Shown: one piece after another, positions 55,230 through 64,000 of the stretch
Numbering within the stretch: the stretch's first letter is position 1
How the letters are laid out: each line of letters begins with the position of its first letter
Assembly: GCA_963783925.1 (NCBI GenBank)
Contig: CAWAPM010000003.1
Span: 62,974-126,973 of the forward strand
DNA from: an uncultured Acidobacteriaceae bacterium
GTDB taxonomy: Bacteria > Acidobacteriota > Terriglobia > Terriglobales > Acidobacteriaceae
DNA length: 64,000 bases
Direction: 5' to 3'
The notes under the pieces: generated by a model
What the model was told of the DNA's origin: nothing
What the model saw: only the letters and a program-made list of their open reading frames with translations
Database searches by the model: none
Program-made: the position numbers and the translations under genes

Positions 55230-55461
55230 CGAAGACGGACCTGCATTTGCTTTCAAGAAAGTATCAATCTGCAAGAAAATGGGTGCCCCAGGTCCGTGTG
55301 TTCGGACCTGGGAAAGCACGAACCTCAACGCCGGGTGCCCCATTCTTGAATCGTTCTTTGATTCAAGGGTGGGAAACCACAATCCCCAACAAGCCGGAGG
55401 GAGCAGGGGCCTTCAGGCCCCTGACAAAGAGCCCATTCCATTCAAAGGGCTTTAGCCCCGG
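55230..55461 (+). repeat. Mosaic REP cluster, right copy of the direct repeat plus an extra GGGTGCCCCAGG unit
   Basis: Units at 55281, 55333, 55396 and 55444. Confidence 0.88.
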
Positions 55462-55745
55462 CGGGAAAATTCTCTCTAGACTTTGCGTATTAATTCCCCG
55501 AAAAGCGCACACTAAAAATAGCCGAGCAAGACAGATCCAGCGCAGAAAAAGTCAGCCGCACCGCAGGTGCTTCGCCAAATCTTCGCCAAAATCCGCGCAA
55601 AGTCCGCGGTGCAGAACCTAACCCCAATCTTGCCAACACGCATGGAGGGCAGGAACGGACCCTCCCCCTACCTAAGTACGTCTTTTCTTCGCCAAAAAGA
55701 CGGCCCAAGCTAACCGAAAACGGCGCAGCGCGCCCGCCCGCACGG

Positions 55746-56760
55746 CTAGTGCTGTTCGCCCTTGCCTGGCCGCAGCATCAGCTCCCGGATCGCCTCGCGC
55801 GGGTCCTTGCCCTCGTCGAGAATCAGCTCCATCTGCTCCGTGATCGGCATCTCGATCCCGTACTTGCGCGCCAGGCCCAGCGCCGCCTTGGTGGTGCGCA
55901 CACCCTCGGCTACCTTGCCGCCCAGGCTCTCCAGAATCTCCGGCAGCTTGCGCCCCTGCCCCAGCGCCTCGCCCACCGTCCGGTTCCGCGAAAGCGATCC
56001 GGTACACGTCAGCACCAGGTCGCCCACGCCCGACAGGCCCGCCAGCGTCTCCCGCTTGCCGCCGCACGCCACCGCCAGCCGCGTAATCTCCGCAATGCCC
56101 CGCGTCATCAGCGCCGCCGCCGAGTTGTAACCCAGCCCCACCCCCGCCGCAATGCCCGCCGCAATCGCAATCACATTTTTCAGCGCCCCGCCCAGTTCCA
56201 CGCCAATCACATCCGTCGACGTGTAAAGCCGCAGCGTCTCTGAAGAAAATTCCTTCTGCATCACCGACGCAATCTCCGCATCGCTGAACGCAATCGTCAC
56301 CGCCGTTGGCTGTCCCTCCGCCACTTCGATCGCAAAGCTCGGCCCGCTGAACGCGCCAATCGAGAGCAGCAATCCCGCAGGCTCCAGCGTCTGCGAAATC
56401 ACCTGCGTCATCCGCAAAAACGTCTCGTTCTCCACGCCCTTCGTCGCGCTCACAATGAATTGCCCGTTGTTCAGATGCGGCGCCAGCCGCTGTCAACGTC
56501 GGCCGCAGAAACTCCGACGGAATCACCGTCACCAGCATCTCGGCGCGGCTCACCGCGTCAGTCTGCGTGGTCACCGCCAGACTCCGCCGGCAGAGGAAAT
56601 CCCGGCAGAAACAGCGTGTTCTCCGCGCGCCGGCCACGATCTGCTGCGCTTCGTCGTCGCTGTGCGACCACAGCGTGACTTCGTGCCCGCCGCGCCGCAT
56701 CAGCGACAGCGCGATGGCCGTGCCCCAAGCTCCTGCTCCAAGAACGGCAATGCGGCTCAT
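55746..56760 (-). CDS. gpsA: NAD(P)H-dependent glycerol-3-phosphate dehydrogenase (indels)
   Basis: VLGAGAWGTA, SATKGVE, SGPSFA, GGALKNVIAIAAG, GDLVLTCTGSLSRNR. Confidence 0.93.
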
Positions 56761-57405
56761 GCGGTCTTCTCCTCGCGCCTGCGCGCTCCCATGCGGTTCT
56801 CGGTGCCGGCCAGCAGCCGGCGAATGTTCTGGTGATGTTTGATGATGATCAGCAGCGCCACAGCAGCCTGCACCGCGAAGAAAGAAGGCCGGCTTCTCTC
56901 CGCGCACCAGGAACCACGCGAACACCGGAAAACTCGCCGCACCCAGAATCGACGCCAGTGAAACATACCGGCTCAGCGCCAGCACAATGGCAAATACAGT
57001 AATCGCCGCCAGAGCCGCCAGCGGCGCAGCCACCAGGAAACACGCCGAACCCCGTAGCCACGCCCTTGCCGCCTTTGAACCCGAGCCACACCGGGAACAT
57101 GTGCCCCAGCACCGCGCACAGCGCCGCCAGCGCTTCCACACTGCGCACCGGCGTGCCCGCCATCAGATGCGGAGCTAGCGCCATGCGCCCAACGCCACGG
57201 CCGCGCAGCCCTTCAGCATATCCAGAAAGAAGGTGGCCGCGCCCAGTCCGCGCGCGCCGGAGCGCATCACATTCGTGGCGCCAATATTGCCGCTGCCAAG
57301 GGTGCGAATGTCCTGCTTGCGAAAAAACCGCATCAGCAGATAGCCGCTGGGAATCGATCCAAGCAGATACGCGCCAGCGGCAATCAGAAGACTTCCAAGG
57401 GGCAT
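56757..57405 (-). CDS. plsY: Glycerol-3-phosphate acyltransferase (indels)
   Basis: [43 protein letters not shown]. Confidence 0.93.
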
Positions 57406-57563
57406 GACGATTGAGAGTGTAGCAGGTGAGGGCAGGCCCGGCGCGAGCCCGCCGCATACCTCGCGCAGCAAAAGAATTCGCGGGTCACGGTCATCCGGCT
57501 GGGTGTATAGTCAGTCTCTCCCGCGCCCCCAGGATTGCTAGGTTCTCTGAAAGGTGGAAGACC

Positions 57564-57896
57564 ATGTCCAGTTATCTCGTGCAGGTGTCGTACAGCGCTG
57601 AAGCGATGGCCGCTTTGGTGAAGAAACCGCAGAACCGTACAGAGCAGATCCGCAAGACCATTGCGAAGATGGGCGGCGAACTGACGGGCATTTGGCTGTC
57701 GTTCGGCGACCATGATGTCGTAGCCATTCTTGAAATGCCGGATAACGCCAGCGCAGCTGCGTTCGCCATCGCCATCGGCGCTGGCGGCGCCTGCAAGTCC
57801 GTCAAGACCACTCCACTGCTGAGTGCGGACGAGGGCATGACTGCAATGAAGAAGGCATCCGGCTCCGGCTACAAGTCAGTTACGTCCAAAAAATAG
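57564..57896 (+). CDS. GYD domain protein
   Basis: LVKKPQNR, SFGDHDVVAI, KTTPLL. Confidence 0.82.
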   Translation: MSSYLVQVSYSAEAMAALVKKPQNRTEQIRKTIAKMGGELTGIWLSFGDHDVVAILEMPDNASAAAFAIAIGAGGACKSVKTTPLLSADEGMTAMKKASGSGYKSVTSKK

Positions 57897-57957
57897 CTTC
57901 AGCGGGCCAGGCTGAATCCGCTTATTGCGGCTTCGCCGGCCCGCTTGGGCTTTACCG

Positions 57958-58482
57958 CTAAAACTGCTCGTCTGCCGAAGGCCCATAGATCGCCGGCACC
58001 TTCGCATCCGCCAGCCGCAAATACACCGTGAGCTGCCCGCGATGATGCGCCAGGTGGCTGAACACGCTGTCGGCGATCATCAGGTGTCGCGGGCCCTGAT
58101 GGATCACCTGCCCACTCATCTTGAAAGCCCACGGCTTCTCAAGACGCGCTTCGGTTGTATGCATCAACGCACGGCGCGCCCTCACCACGCCCGCATCCAC
58201 GCTCGAAAGCAGATCGATCGTGGTCGCCAGCGGTTTGGTGCGAAACTTCTCCGCTTCGGGCGTGCCGAAGTCCAACTCCTCCGTCTCGATCATGATCGCA
58301 ATCCAGCCGATCATCGATGCCGTAACGGCGGCCAGGTAGCCAAGTTCCATCGACTTCTCATGCGGCTTGAAGCTGTTCCGCCCCTCCGGCACGCGGGCGA
58401 TTGCTTTGCGCGTCAGAACCGCTTCGCGCTCCAGTTGCTCCAGCAGGTAGCTTTTCAGGGAAAGTGTCGTCTCGGTGATCAT
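57958..58482 (-). CDS. DinB family protein
   Basis: KPHEKSM and SHLAHHRGQLTVYLR...VPAIYGPSADE. Confidence 0.9.
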   Translation of the reverse strand: MITETTLSLKSYLLEQLEREAVLTRKAIARVPEGRNSFKPHEKSMELGYLAAVTASMIGWIAIMIETEELDFGTPEAEKFRTKPLATTIDLLSSVDAGVVRARRALMHTTEARLEKPWAFKMSGQVIHQGPRHLMIADSVFSHLAHHRGQLTVYLRLADAKVPAIYGPSADEQF

Positions 58483-58534
58483 TGCAGTCTCCTTGAGCGG
58501 GCCTTTCGCCCGGCAAAGATGACATTAAGCGCTC

Positions 58535-58559
58535 ATATATGACAAGAAATGTCATATAT
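58535..58559. promoter_or_regulatory. Perfect inverted repeat, probable operator of the HTH-WYL regulator
   Basis: ATATATGACA-AGAAA-TGTCATATAT between the divergent DinB and WYL genes. Confidence 0.75.
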
Positions 58560-58612
58560 TCAGGGAGAACATAAAAATATCGCGTGGGGCAATCTTTGGA
58601 GACAGGGCAGCC

Positions 58613-59578
58613 ATGAAGTCCGATCGACTATTGTCCGTCCTGCTGCTCCTGCAGGCCCGCGGCCGCGCTACGGAGCGCGAACTCGCCGAGCAGCTCGAGG
58701 TCTCGCAGCGCACCATCCATCGCGATCTCGAAGCACTGAGCGCGGCGCGTGTGCCGGTGGTCGCGCTGCGCGGTTCGCAGGGCGGATGGGAGCTTGAAAA
58801 AGGCTGGCGTACACAGGTTCCCGGCCTCGATGAATCCGAACTGCGTGCGCTGCTCATGGCCCAGCCGCGCGTAGTCGGTCATCCTCGTCTTGCGGCGGCA
58901 GCAGAGAGCGCCCTGAACAAGCTGATGGCCTCGCTCCCGGGCCCCATGCGCGCGCAGGCCGCTGTCATGCGCGAGCGCCTGCACGTTGACCCGACCGGCT
59001 GGCGCGGCAGCAGTGAAGACCTGTCGATGTTGTCCGTCGTGCAGGATGCTGTGGCTCGCGAGCGCCGTCTCGCCTTCGACTACACCCGCGCCGACGGCGA
59101 AGTCTCCTCGCGCGTCGTCGATCCGCTCGGCCTCGTCGCGAAAGGCCTGAGCTGGTATCTCGTCGGCAACTCCGCCAACAAGGGGCTGCGCACCTATCGC
59201 GTCTCGCGCATGCGCGCCGCAACCGCTCTGGCTGAGCCGTGCACCCGGCCTGCGCGCTTCGATCTCGCCGCATATTGGAAGCATTCGACCGCCGAACTCG
59301 ACAGCAAGCGACGCGCCTATCCGGCCACGCTGTCACTCACTGAGCAAGCCGCGCAGCGCCTTCAGGTGTGGTGCGTAACGCGCCCCGCAGAAGATGCCGC
59401 CGAATCAGGCCGCGTCGTCTTGCATGTCGATTTCGACGCTGAGTCCGAGGCGCGCTTTCTGGTGCTGGGCCTTGGCGCTCGCGTGTGCGTGCTGCGGCCC
59501 GCCGCGCTGCGCCGCTGGGTGCGCGACGAGCTGAAAGAAATGTCCCGCGAGCACAAGGCGCGCCGACTCAGTGAGTAA
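58613..59578 (+). CDS. YafY-family HTH-WYL transcriptional regulator
   Basis: RLLSVLLLLQARG, LEVSQRTIHRDLEAL, DPLGLV...SWYLV, RTYRVSRM, FDLAAYW. Confidence 0.93.
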   Translation: MKSDRLLSVLLLLQARGRATERELAEQLEVSQRTIHRDLEALSAARVPVVALRGSQGGWELEKGWRTQVPGLDESELRALLMAQPRVVGHPRLAAAAESALNKLMASLPGPMRAQAAVMRERLHVDPTGWRGSSEDLSMLSVVQDAVARERRLAFDYTRADGEVSSRVVDPLGLVAKGLSWYLVGNSANKGLRTYRVSRMRAATALAEPCTRPARFDLAAYWKHSTAELDSKRRAYPATLSLTEQAAQRLQVWCVTRPAEDAAESGRVVLHVDFDAESEARFLVLGLGARVCVLRPAALRRWVRDELKEMSREHKARRLSE

Positions 59579-59587
59579 AGCCGCGCC

Positions 59588-60297
59588 TCAGTCCACCATC
59601 ACTTCGCCGGGCAGGATGGGCCGCGTCCGCGGCAGCTTGCCGTTGTAAGCGGCGCACCCATCAGCGCCAGCATCCCCGCGTAGATCGCGAGCTTGATCAG
59701 ACTGCCGGTGCGCGTCAGCGGCACGGTCTTCCAAAGAATCAGCAGCACGTTTGCGCAATCGTGACCGACCAGACCGTGCCATAGAAGTAGCGCCTCTCCG
59801 TGCCTTCGCCTTTGGTCGAGCGGCCCACGCGCGGCAGCATCCCGAGCGCGCCCAGCAGCAGAATCAGCGCGCACAGCGGGAAGTAGGCGTATTGATAGAG
59901 CTGCTTCATATACCAGACGCCGGTGATGCTCGCGATCGATCAGGCCGGCTAGATTCATCAGCGCAAAGTTCAGCACCGCGTTCCACGCGAAGGTGTAGCA
60001 GACCTTGCGATAGAGCGGGTTCGGCTTGTCTTCATCGAAGCGCAGAATGTACGGCGCGGTTCGCACGCCCGGCATCTGCCCAAAGAGCCCCGCAATGCCT
60101 GTGCCCAGCAGCACGAGTCCAAGCCAAAGCGAATTGACCAGGCCGAAGCCATGCGCGAAGAGCGAAAACGTCAGCGGCCCCGGCGTCAGAAAAAAGACCC
60201 AGATCCAGATGGGCCAGTGCAGCACCCGATAGTAGCCCTTGTTGCGCGTGCGCATCTTGCGAGCGTCCGCATATTCCACCCTGCCGCTGTATCGCAT
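59588..60297 (-). CDS. Hypothetical membrane protein (indels)
   Basis: HWPIWIWVFFLTPGPLTF, PYILRFDEDKPNPLYR, LPRTRPILPGE. Confidence 0.65.
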
Positions 60298-60360
60298 GGC
60301 CGGAGTTTTTCAGAGCGGGCAGGGGCGCGTCAATCGCAGCGCGTTGACACGCGCTCGCGT

Positions 60361-61605
60361 TTACATCAACTTCTTTCGCACCAGGTCCAGCGCCTGCTGC
60401 GACGCCCACTGGCGAACGCGCTCGCGGTCGCCGCGAAAGGTGCGATTGTAGGCATCAGTCTTCTGCCCATCGGAAACAGCGAAATAGACAAGGCCCACAG
60501 GCTTGGACTCCGTGCCGCCCGTCGGTCCCGCGATGCCCGTGACGCCGAGGCCCAGCGTCGCGCCGGTGCGCTTGCGAATGCCCTCGGCCAGCGCCGCCGC
60601 CACTTCAGCCGACACAGCTCCATGCTGCGCGATCATCTCCGGCGGCACGTTGGCAAACGAAGTTTTCAGCGGATCGGAGTACACCACCGCTCCGCCAAGG
60701 AACGAACGCGAACTGCCCGGCACGCGTGTAATGCGCTCGGCGACAAGCCCGCCGGTGCAGCTCTCCGCCGTTGCCAGCGTGGCCTGCCGCAATCCCAGGT
60801 AGTAGAGAACGATCTGCTCCAGCGACTCGCCTTCCGACGAGTAGAGCCAGTCATCCAGCGCCTCTTCGAGCTTGCCCGCCAGCTCATCCACGCGCGCATC
60901 GGCCCCTGCCTGCGTGGGTTTGCCGCAGATCAGCGTGAGCTGAATATCGCCCGTGTGGGCCAGGATGGTCGTCTCCACATCCTTGTACTCGGTGTAGATC
61001 GGCGCCAGCAGCTTGTCCGCCTGCGACTCGGGAATCATCGCCGCCTTGAGCGTGCGCACGGCGATATGCCGCACCGGCAGCACTTCCTTCAGCCGCGGCA
61101 CACATTCGCTGTCAAACAGCGCATGGCACTCGTGCGGCGGCCCCGGCACCAGCATCACCAGCTTGCGATAGGTCTCAAATGTCGCGTCGATCCACTGGCC
61201 GGGCGCGCTGCCGTTCGCGTTCGGCATCACCACCGCGCTCTCAATCACGTCAGCCTGCTTGAGATTGTTCTCCGGCATCGAAATGCGCCACGTTGCCGCG
61301 CGCGCATGCAGCGCCGCCACCTGCGCGGGCTCCCGCCGCAACGACAAACCTAGCGCTTCAGCCACGGCCTCGCGCGTCAGGTCGTCTTCCGTCGGGCCCA
61401 GTCCGCCCACCACCACCAGAATGTCCGCCCGGCCCAGCGCGATGCGAATCGCGTTGACCAGATCCTTGCGCCGGTCGCCCACGATCGACTTGAACGCAAC
61501 CGTAACGCCAAGCTCATTGAGTCTGCGCGTGATGTAGAGGGAATTCGTGTCCTGCCGGTGCGGCGTCAGCATCTCCGAGCCGACAGCGATGATTTCGGAT
61601 TTCAT
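60361..61605 (-). CDS. cinA: Competence/damage-inducible protein CinA (with PncC domain)
   Basis: EIIAVGSE, DTNS, GGLGPTEDDLT, AESCTGG, GVTGIAGPTGG. Confidence 0.95.
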   Translation of the reverse strand: MKSEIIAVGSEMLTPHRQDTNSLYITRRLNELGVTVAFKSIVGDRRKDLVNAIRIALGRADILVVVGGLGPTEDDLTREAVAEALGLSLRREPAQVAALHARAATWRISMPENNLKQADVIESAVVMPNANGSAPGQWIDATFETYRKLVMLVPGPPHECHALFDSECVPRLKEVLPVRHIAVRTLKAAMIPESQADKLLAPIYTEYKDVETTILAHTGDIQLTLICGKPTQAGADARVDELAGKLEEALDDWLYSSEGESLEQIVLYYLGLRQATLATAESCTGGLVAERITRVPGSSRSFLGGAVVYSDPLKTSFANVPPEMIAQHGAVSAEVAAALAEGIRKRTGATLGLGVTGIAGPTGGTESKPVGLVYFAVSDGQKTDAYNRTFRGDRERVRQWASQQALDLVRKKLM

Positions 61606-61653
61606 AGCAGCTCTTGCGTGTCGCTACCGGCGCGATAAGGCTTCGTTCGCGGG

Positions 61654-62729
61654 CTAACCAAGGTGCAGTCCCTTCGACGCCCAGGTCCACATCATAAACG
61701 GCTTCGCTGGTCGCCAGAACCGTGCTGCCAAGCGTGGAGAAGGCCACACCCACAAGATTGTTGCCGCTCAGCACAAGGCTCGCGTGGCCGGCGGGCGTTA
61801 CGCGCACCAGGCCGCGCCGTGCCGCGCAGGCAGGCCGTCACATACACGTCGCCGTTGCTTCGAGAGCGCCAGGCCCTGCGGCCGGCCCAGTCCGCGATAC
61901 CAGGTCCGCGCCTCGCCGTGGCTGTCGATGGCCCAGATCGCGTCGTTCGAGCAGAGCGTGGGCCCGGTGACATACAGCGTGCCTTCGCGATCGATGGCCA
62001 GGTGATAGGCCGAGATACTCGGCTCGAGCGTGGCATACACAAAGATGCTTGCCGCTGCGCGATCGATCTTGAAGATGGTGCCGCTGCGGTCGCCGACAAA
62101 CAGATTGCCTTCGCGGTCAAACACCGCGCCCGTTGCCACGCCCATGCCTTCGGCGTATTGCGTGCTCTCGCCCGCGCCATCGATCGCGATACACGGTCCC
62201 TTCGGCGCGCGATGTCACGAACAAATCGCCCTCGGGACTGAAGGCCAGCCCGGTCGCATTCAGAATGCCGGTAACAAACGGCGTCGCGCGGCCATCAGGG
62301 CTCACGCGCACCACCGAGACCGGCGTCTGCTTTCCGCGCGGGCCAGAGATGGTGGCGTAAATCATGCCGGACCGGCTCACCGCGGGGCTCGTCACCGGAT
62401 GCAGTCCGCTGGTCAAGCTCGCGCGCCACGTTCAGCGGCGCAGCGTTGCTCACGCCTTCCGGCGAGCGCACTTCAACCAGTCCGCTGGTCGCGTCCGTCG
62501 GGCACGCGGAAGGCAGATGCGCCCGGGCCGGCTCATCAGTCACATGGGCCGGATGCGTGCCCACCAGCACCACCGGCGGTCCGGCAGCGTGCGGCCCCAG
62601 ATGCGGGCCAAGATGCGCGCCGAGCAGCTCGACTTCGCCCAGTGGCAAAGCGGACGGAGGCACAATTTCGTCAATGCGGGGATCGGCGAAAACGTCTTCC
62701 GCTGCGGATTGGGGACGGCTCCGGGGCAT
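61654..62729 (-). CDS. SMP-30/NHL-like beta-propeller protein with N-terminal IPT-like domain (indels)
   Basis: NATGLAFSPEGDLFVTS, VFDREGNLFVGDRSG, GLGRPQGLA. Confidence 0.7.
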
Positions 62730-62737
62730 CTCTCGCC

Positions 62738-63259
62738 TTATGGATGCAGCACAGGAACGAAATGCTGCAGCAACAAACCTACTCCCAAAGCATACAGCCC
62801 GGCGGCCACGTCGTCGAAGACGATGCCCCAGCCTGCAGGCAGCGCTTCAAGCTGCCGCGCGGGAAAGGGCTTGGTGATGTCGAAGAGCCGAAACAGAACG
62901 AGCGCAACGAGCGCATGCTTCCAGTCGAAAGGGCTCCACAGCAGCGCAATCCACTGCCCGGCCACTTCATCGATCACCACAAATCCCGGATCGTGCCGTC
63001 CGCTTTCACGCGCAGCAATCGTCGCCGCGGGCACGCCCAGCGCAATCGAAACCACGATGCCCACAAGCAGCGCGAGCAGCATCGTGGATGCGGCCGGATG
63101 CGCAAAGAACGCGAACGCAGCCCACAGCAACACCGCGCCCACCGAACCCCATGTCCCCGGTCCTGGCTTGCCCAGCCCCGCGCCAAAGAACGTGGCCACC
63201 GTCCACGCCCACAGCGTCTTGTGTGCGGAGGCGGGTGTGGCTGCTGCGGTCTCACTCAT
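62738..63259 (-). CDS. pgpA: Phosphatidylglycerophosphatase A
   Basis: PGPGTWGS, DPGFVVIDEVAGQ, FRLFDITKPFP, GIVFDDVAAG. Confidence 0.93.
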   Translation of the reverse strand: MSETAAATPASAHKTLWAWTVATFFGAGLGKPGPGTWGSVGAVLLWAAFAFFAHPAASTMLLALLVGIVVSIALGVPAATIAARESGRHDPGFVVIDEVAGQWIALLWSPFDWKHALVALVLFRLFDITKPFPARQLEALPAGWGIVFDDVAAGLYALGVGLLLQHFVPVLHP

Positions 63260-63482
63260 CGTTCGAGTCCTTGCTGTGTCCCTCGCCGAAGGCACCCAGG
63301 TCTTCGAGCACCTCGGGGTCCAGCACGGGCGAGCTGATCTTGTACACGCCCGTTGCCCACTTGCCCAGGTCGATCTTGCGGCAGCGGTCGCTGCAGAAAG
63401 GGAAGTCCTCGTCCTTCGGCCGCACCAGCATGCCGCAACTGGGGCAGCGCAGCACGTTCGTTGATTTTTTCTTTGTCGCCAT
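63252..63482 (-). CDS. yacG: DNA gyrase inhibitor
   Basis: CPSCG...FPFCSDRCRKIDLGKW. Confidence 0.9.
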   Translation of the reverse strand: MATKKKSTNVLRCPSCGMLVRPKDEDFPFCSDRCRKIDLGKWATGVYKISSPVLDPEVLEDLGAFGEGHSKDSNDE

Positions 63483-63504
63483 CGCGCAAATTTCCGTTTT
63501 CAGT

Positions 63505-64000
63505 TTAGAGCGGCCCGGCCACCACCCGCGCCACCACATCGTACTCGTGCGCCTCGGTGATCTCGGCCTTGTAAAAGCGCCCAGCCTCCAGCGCGTCCAA
63601 CTCGCCAAAGTCGTTGATGTACACCTTGCCATCAATCTCCGGCGCATGAAACTGCGTGCGGCCTTCCCACAGCAGTGGCGTCTCTTCGCTCTCGCCCTCG
63701 GCCAGCAGCACCACCTCGCGGCCCACCCACTGCTCCTTCGCGCGTTTGCTGATCGCCTGCTGCAGCTTCATCAGCCGTCGTCTTGCGTGCCTCGATCGTG
63801 CGCTTCGGCACCTTGGTGTCCAGCGAAAACGCGCCCGAGCCTTCTTCGTCGGAGTAGTTGAACACGCCGAGCCAGTCGAACTTCGCCTCGCCGATGAACT
63901 GCTCCAAAACTTCAAAGTCGCGGAGCGACTCGCCGGGAAAGCCGACGATGAACGAAGTCCGCAGCGCAATGCCCGGAACCGCCGCGCGCACCTTCTCCAG
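63505..64000 (-). CDS. rimO: Ribosomal protein S12 methylthiotransferase, C-terminal part (partial; indel near 63785)
   Basis: ALRTSFIVGFPGE, GVFNYSDEEG, TRAM domain GRTQFHAPEIDGKVYI. Confidence 0.88.
   Translation of the reverse strand, partial: WRRCARRFRALRCGLRSSSAFPASRSATLKFWSSSSARRSSTGSACSTTPTKKARARFRWTPRCRSARSRHARRRLMKLQQAISKRAKEQWVGREVVLLAEGESEETPLLWEGRTQFHAPEIDGKVYINDFGELDALEAGRFYKAEITEAHEYDVVARVVAGPL

Noticed and set aside
52568-55461. Repeats as a CRISPR array or integron attC sites
   Set aside because: No regular repeat-spacer period, no cas or intI gene, and no RYYYAAC/GTTRRRY box pattern recognised.

Overview
GC-rich bacterial chromosomal segment. Gene content (Acidobacteria-type VWA protein, SpoIVB/S55 peptidase, GspE/GspF cluster, orphan GvpL/F) suggests Acidobacteriota (Terriglobia); this is inference. 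It is mostly housekeeping: kdpE-like regulator, apt, acyP, trpG/trpE, gdhA, pgsA, lolC/E-like, hslR, iscA/erpA, T2SS/T4P-like operon, ribE, ggt, ribD, ftsY, gpsA, plsY, cinA, pgpA, yacG, rimO. Small accessory genes sit in the junctions between core genes. Many genes, including essential ones, are broken by small indels, most likely long-read consensus errors. No rRNA, tRNA, CRISPR array, integrase or transposase was recognised. The most striking feature lies between ftsY and ribD: two unrelated cargo genes are separated by a chimeric 67-codon ORF made of an exact 120-bp copy of the ribD 5' region fused through microhomology to an exact 65-bp copy of the ftsY 3' end. A third, decayed ftsY end lies further on, so the locus resembles an integrase-free cassette array built from core-gene ends. 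The same area carries mosaic REP-like palindromes (a 106-bp direct repeat brackets a DUF1905-like gene), heptamer tandem repeats after stop codons and a strong local C-over-G skew.
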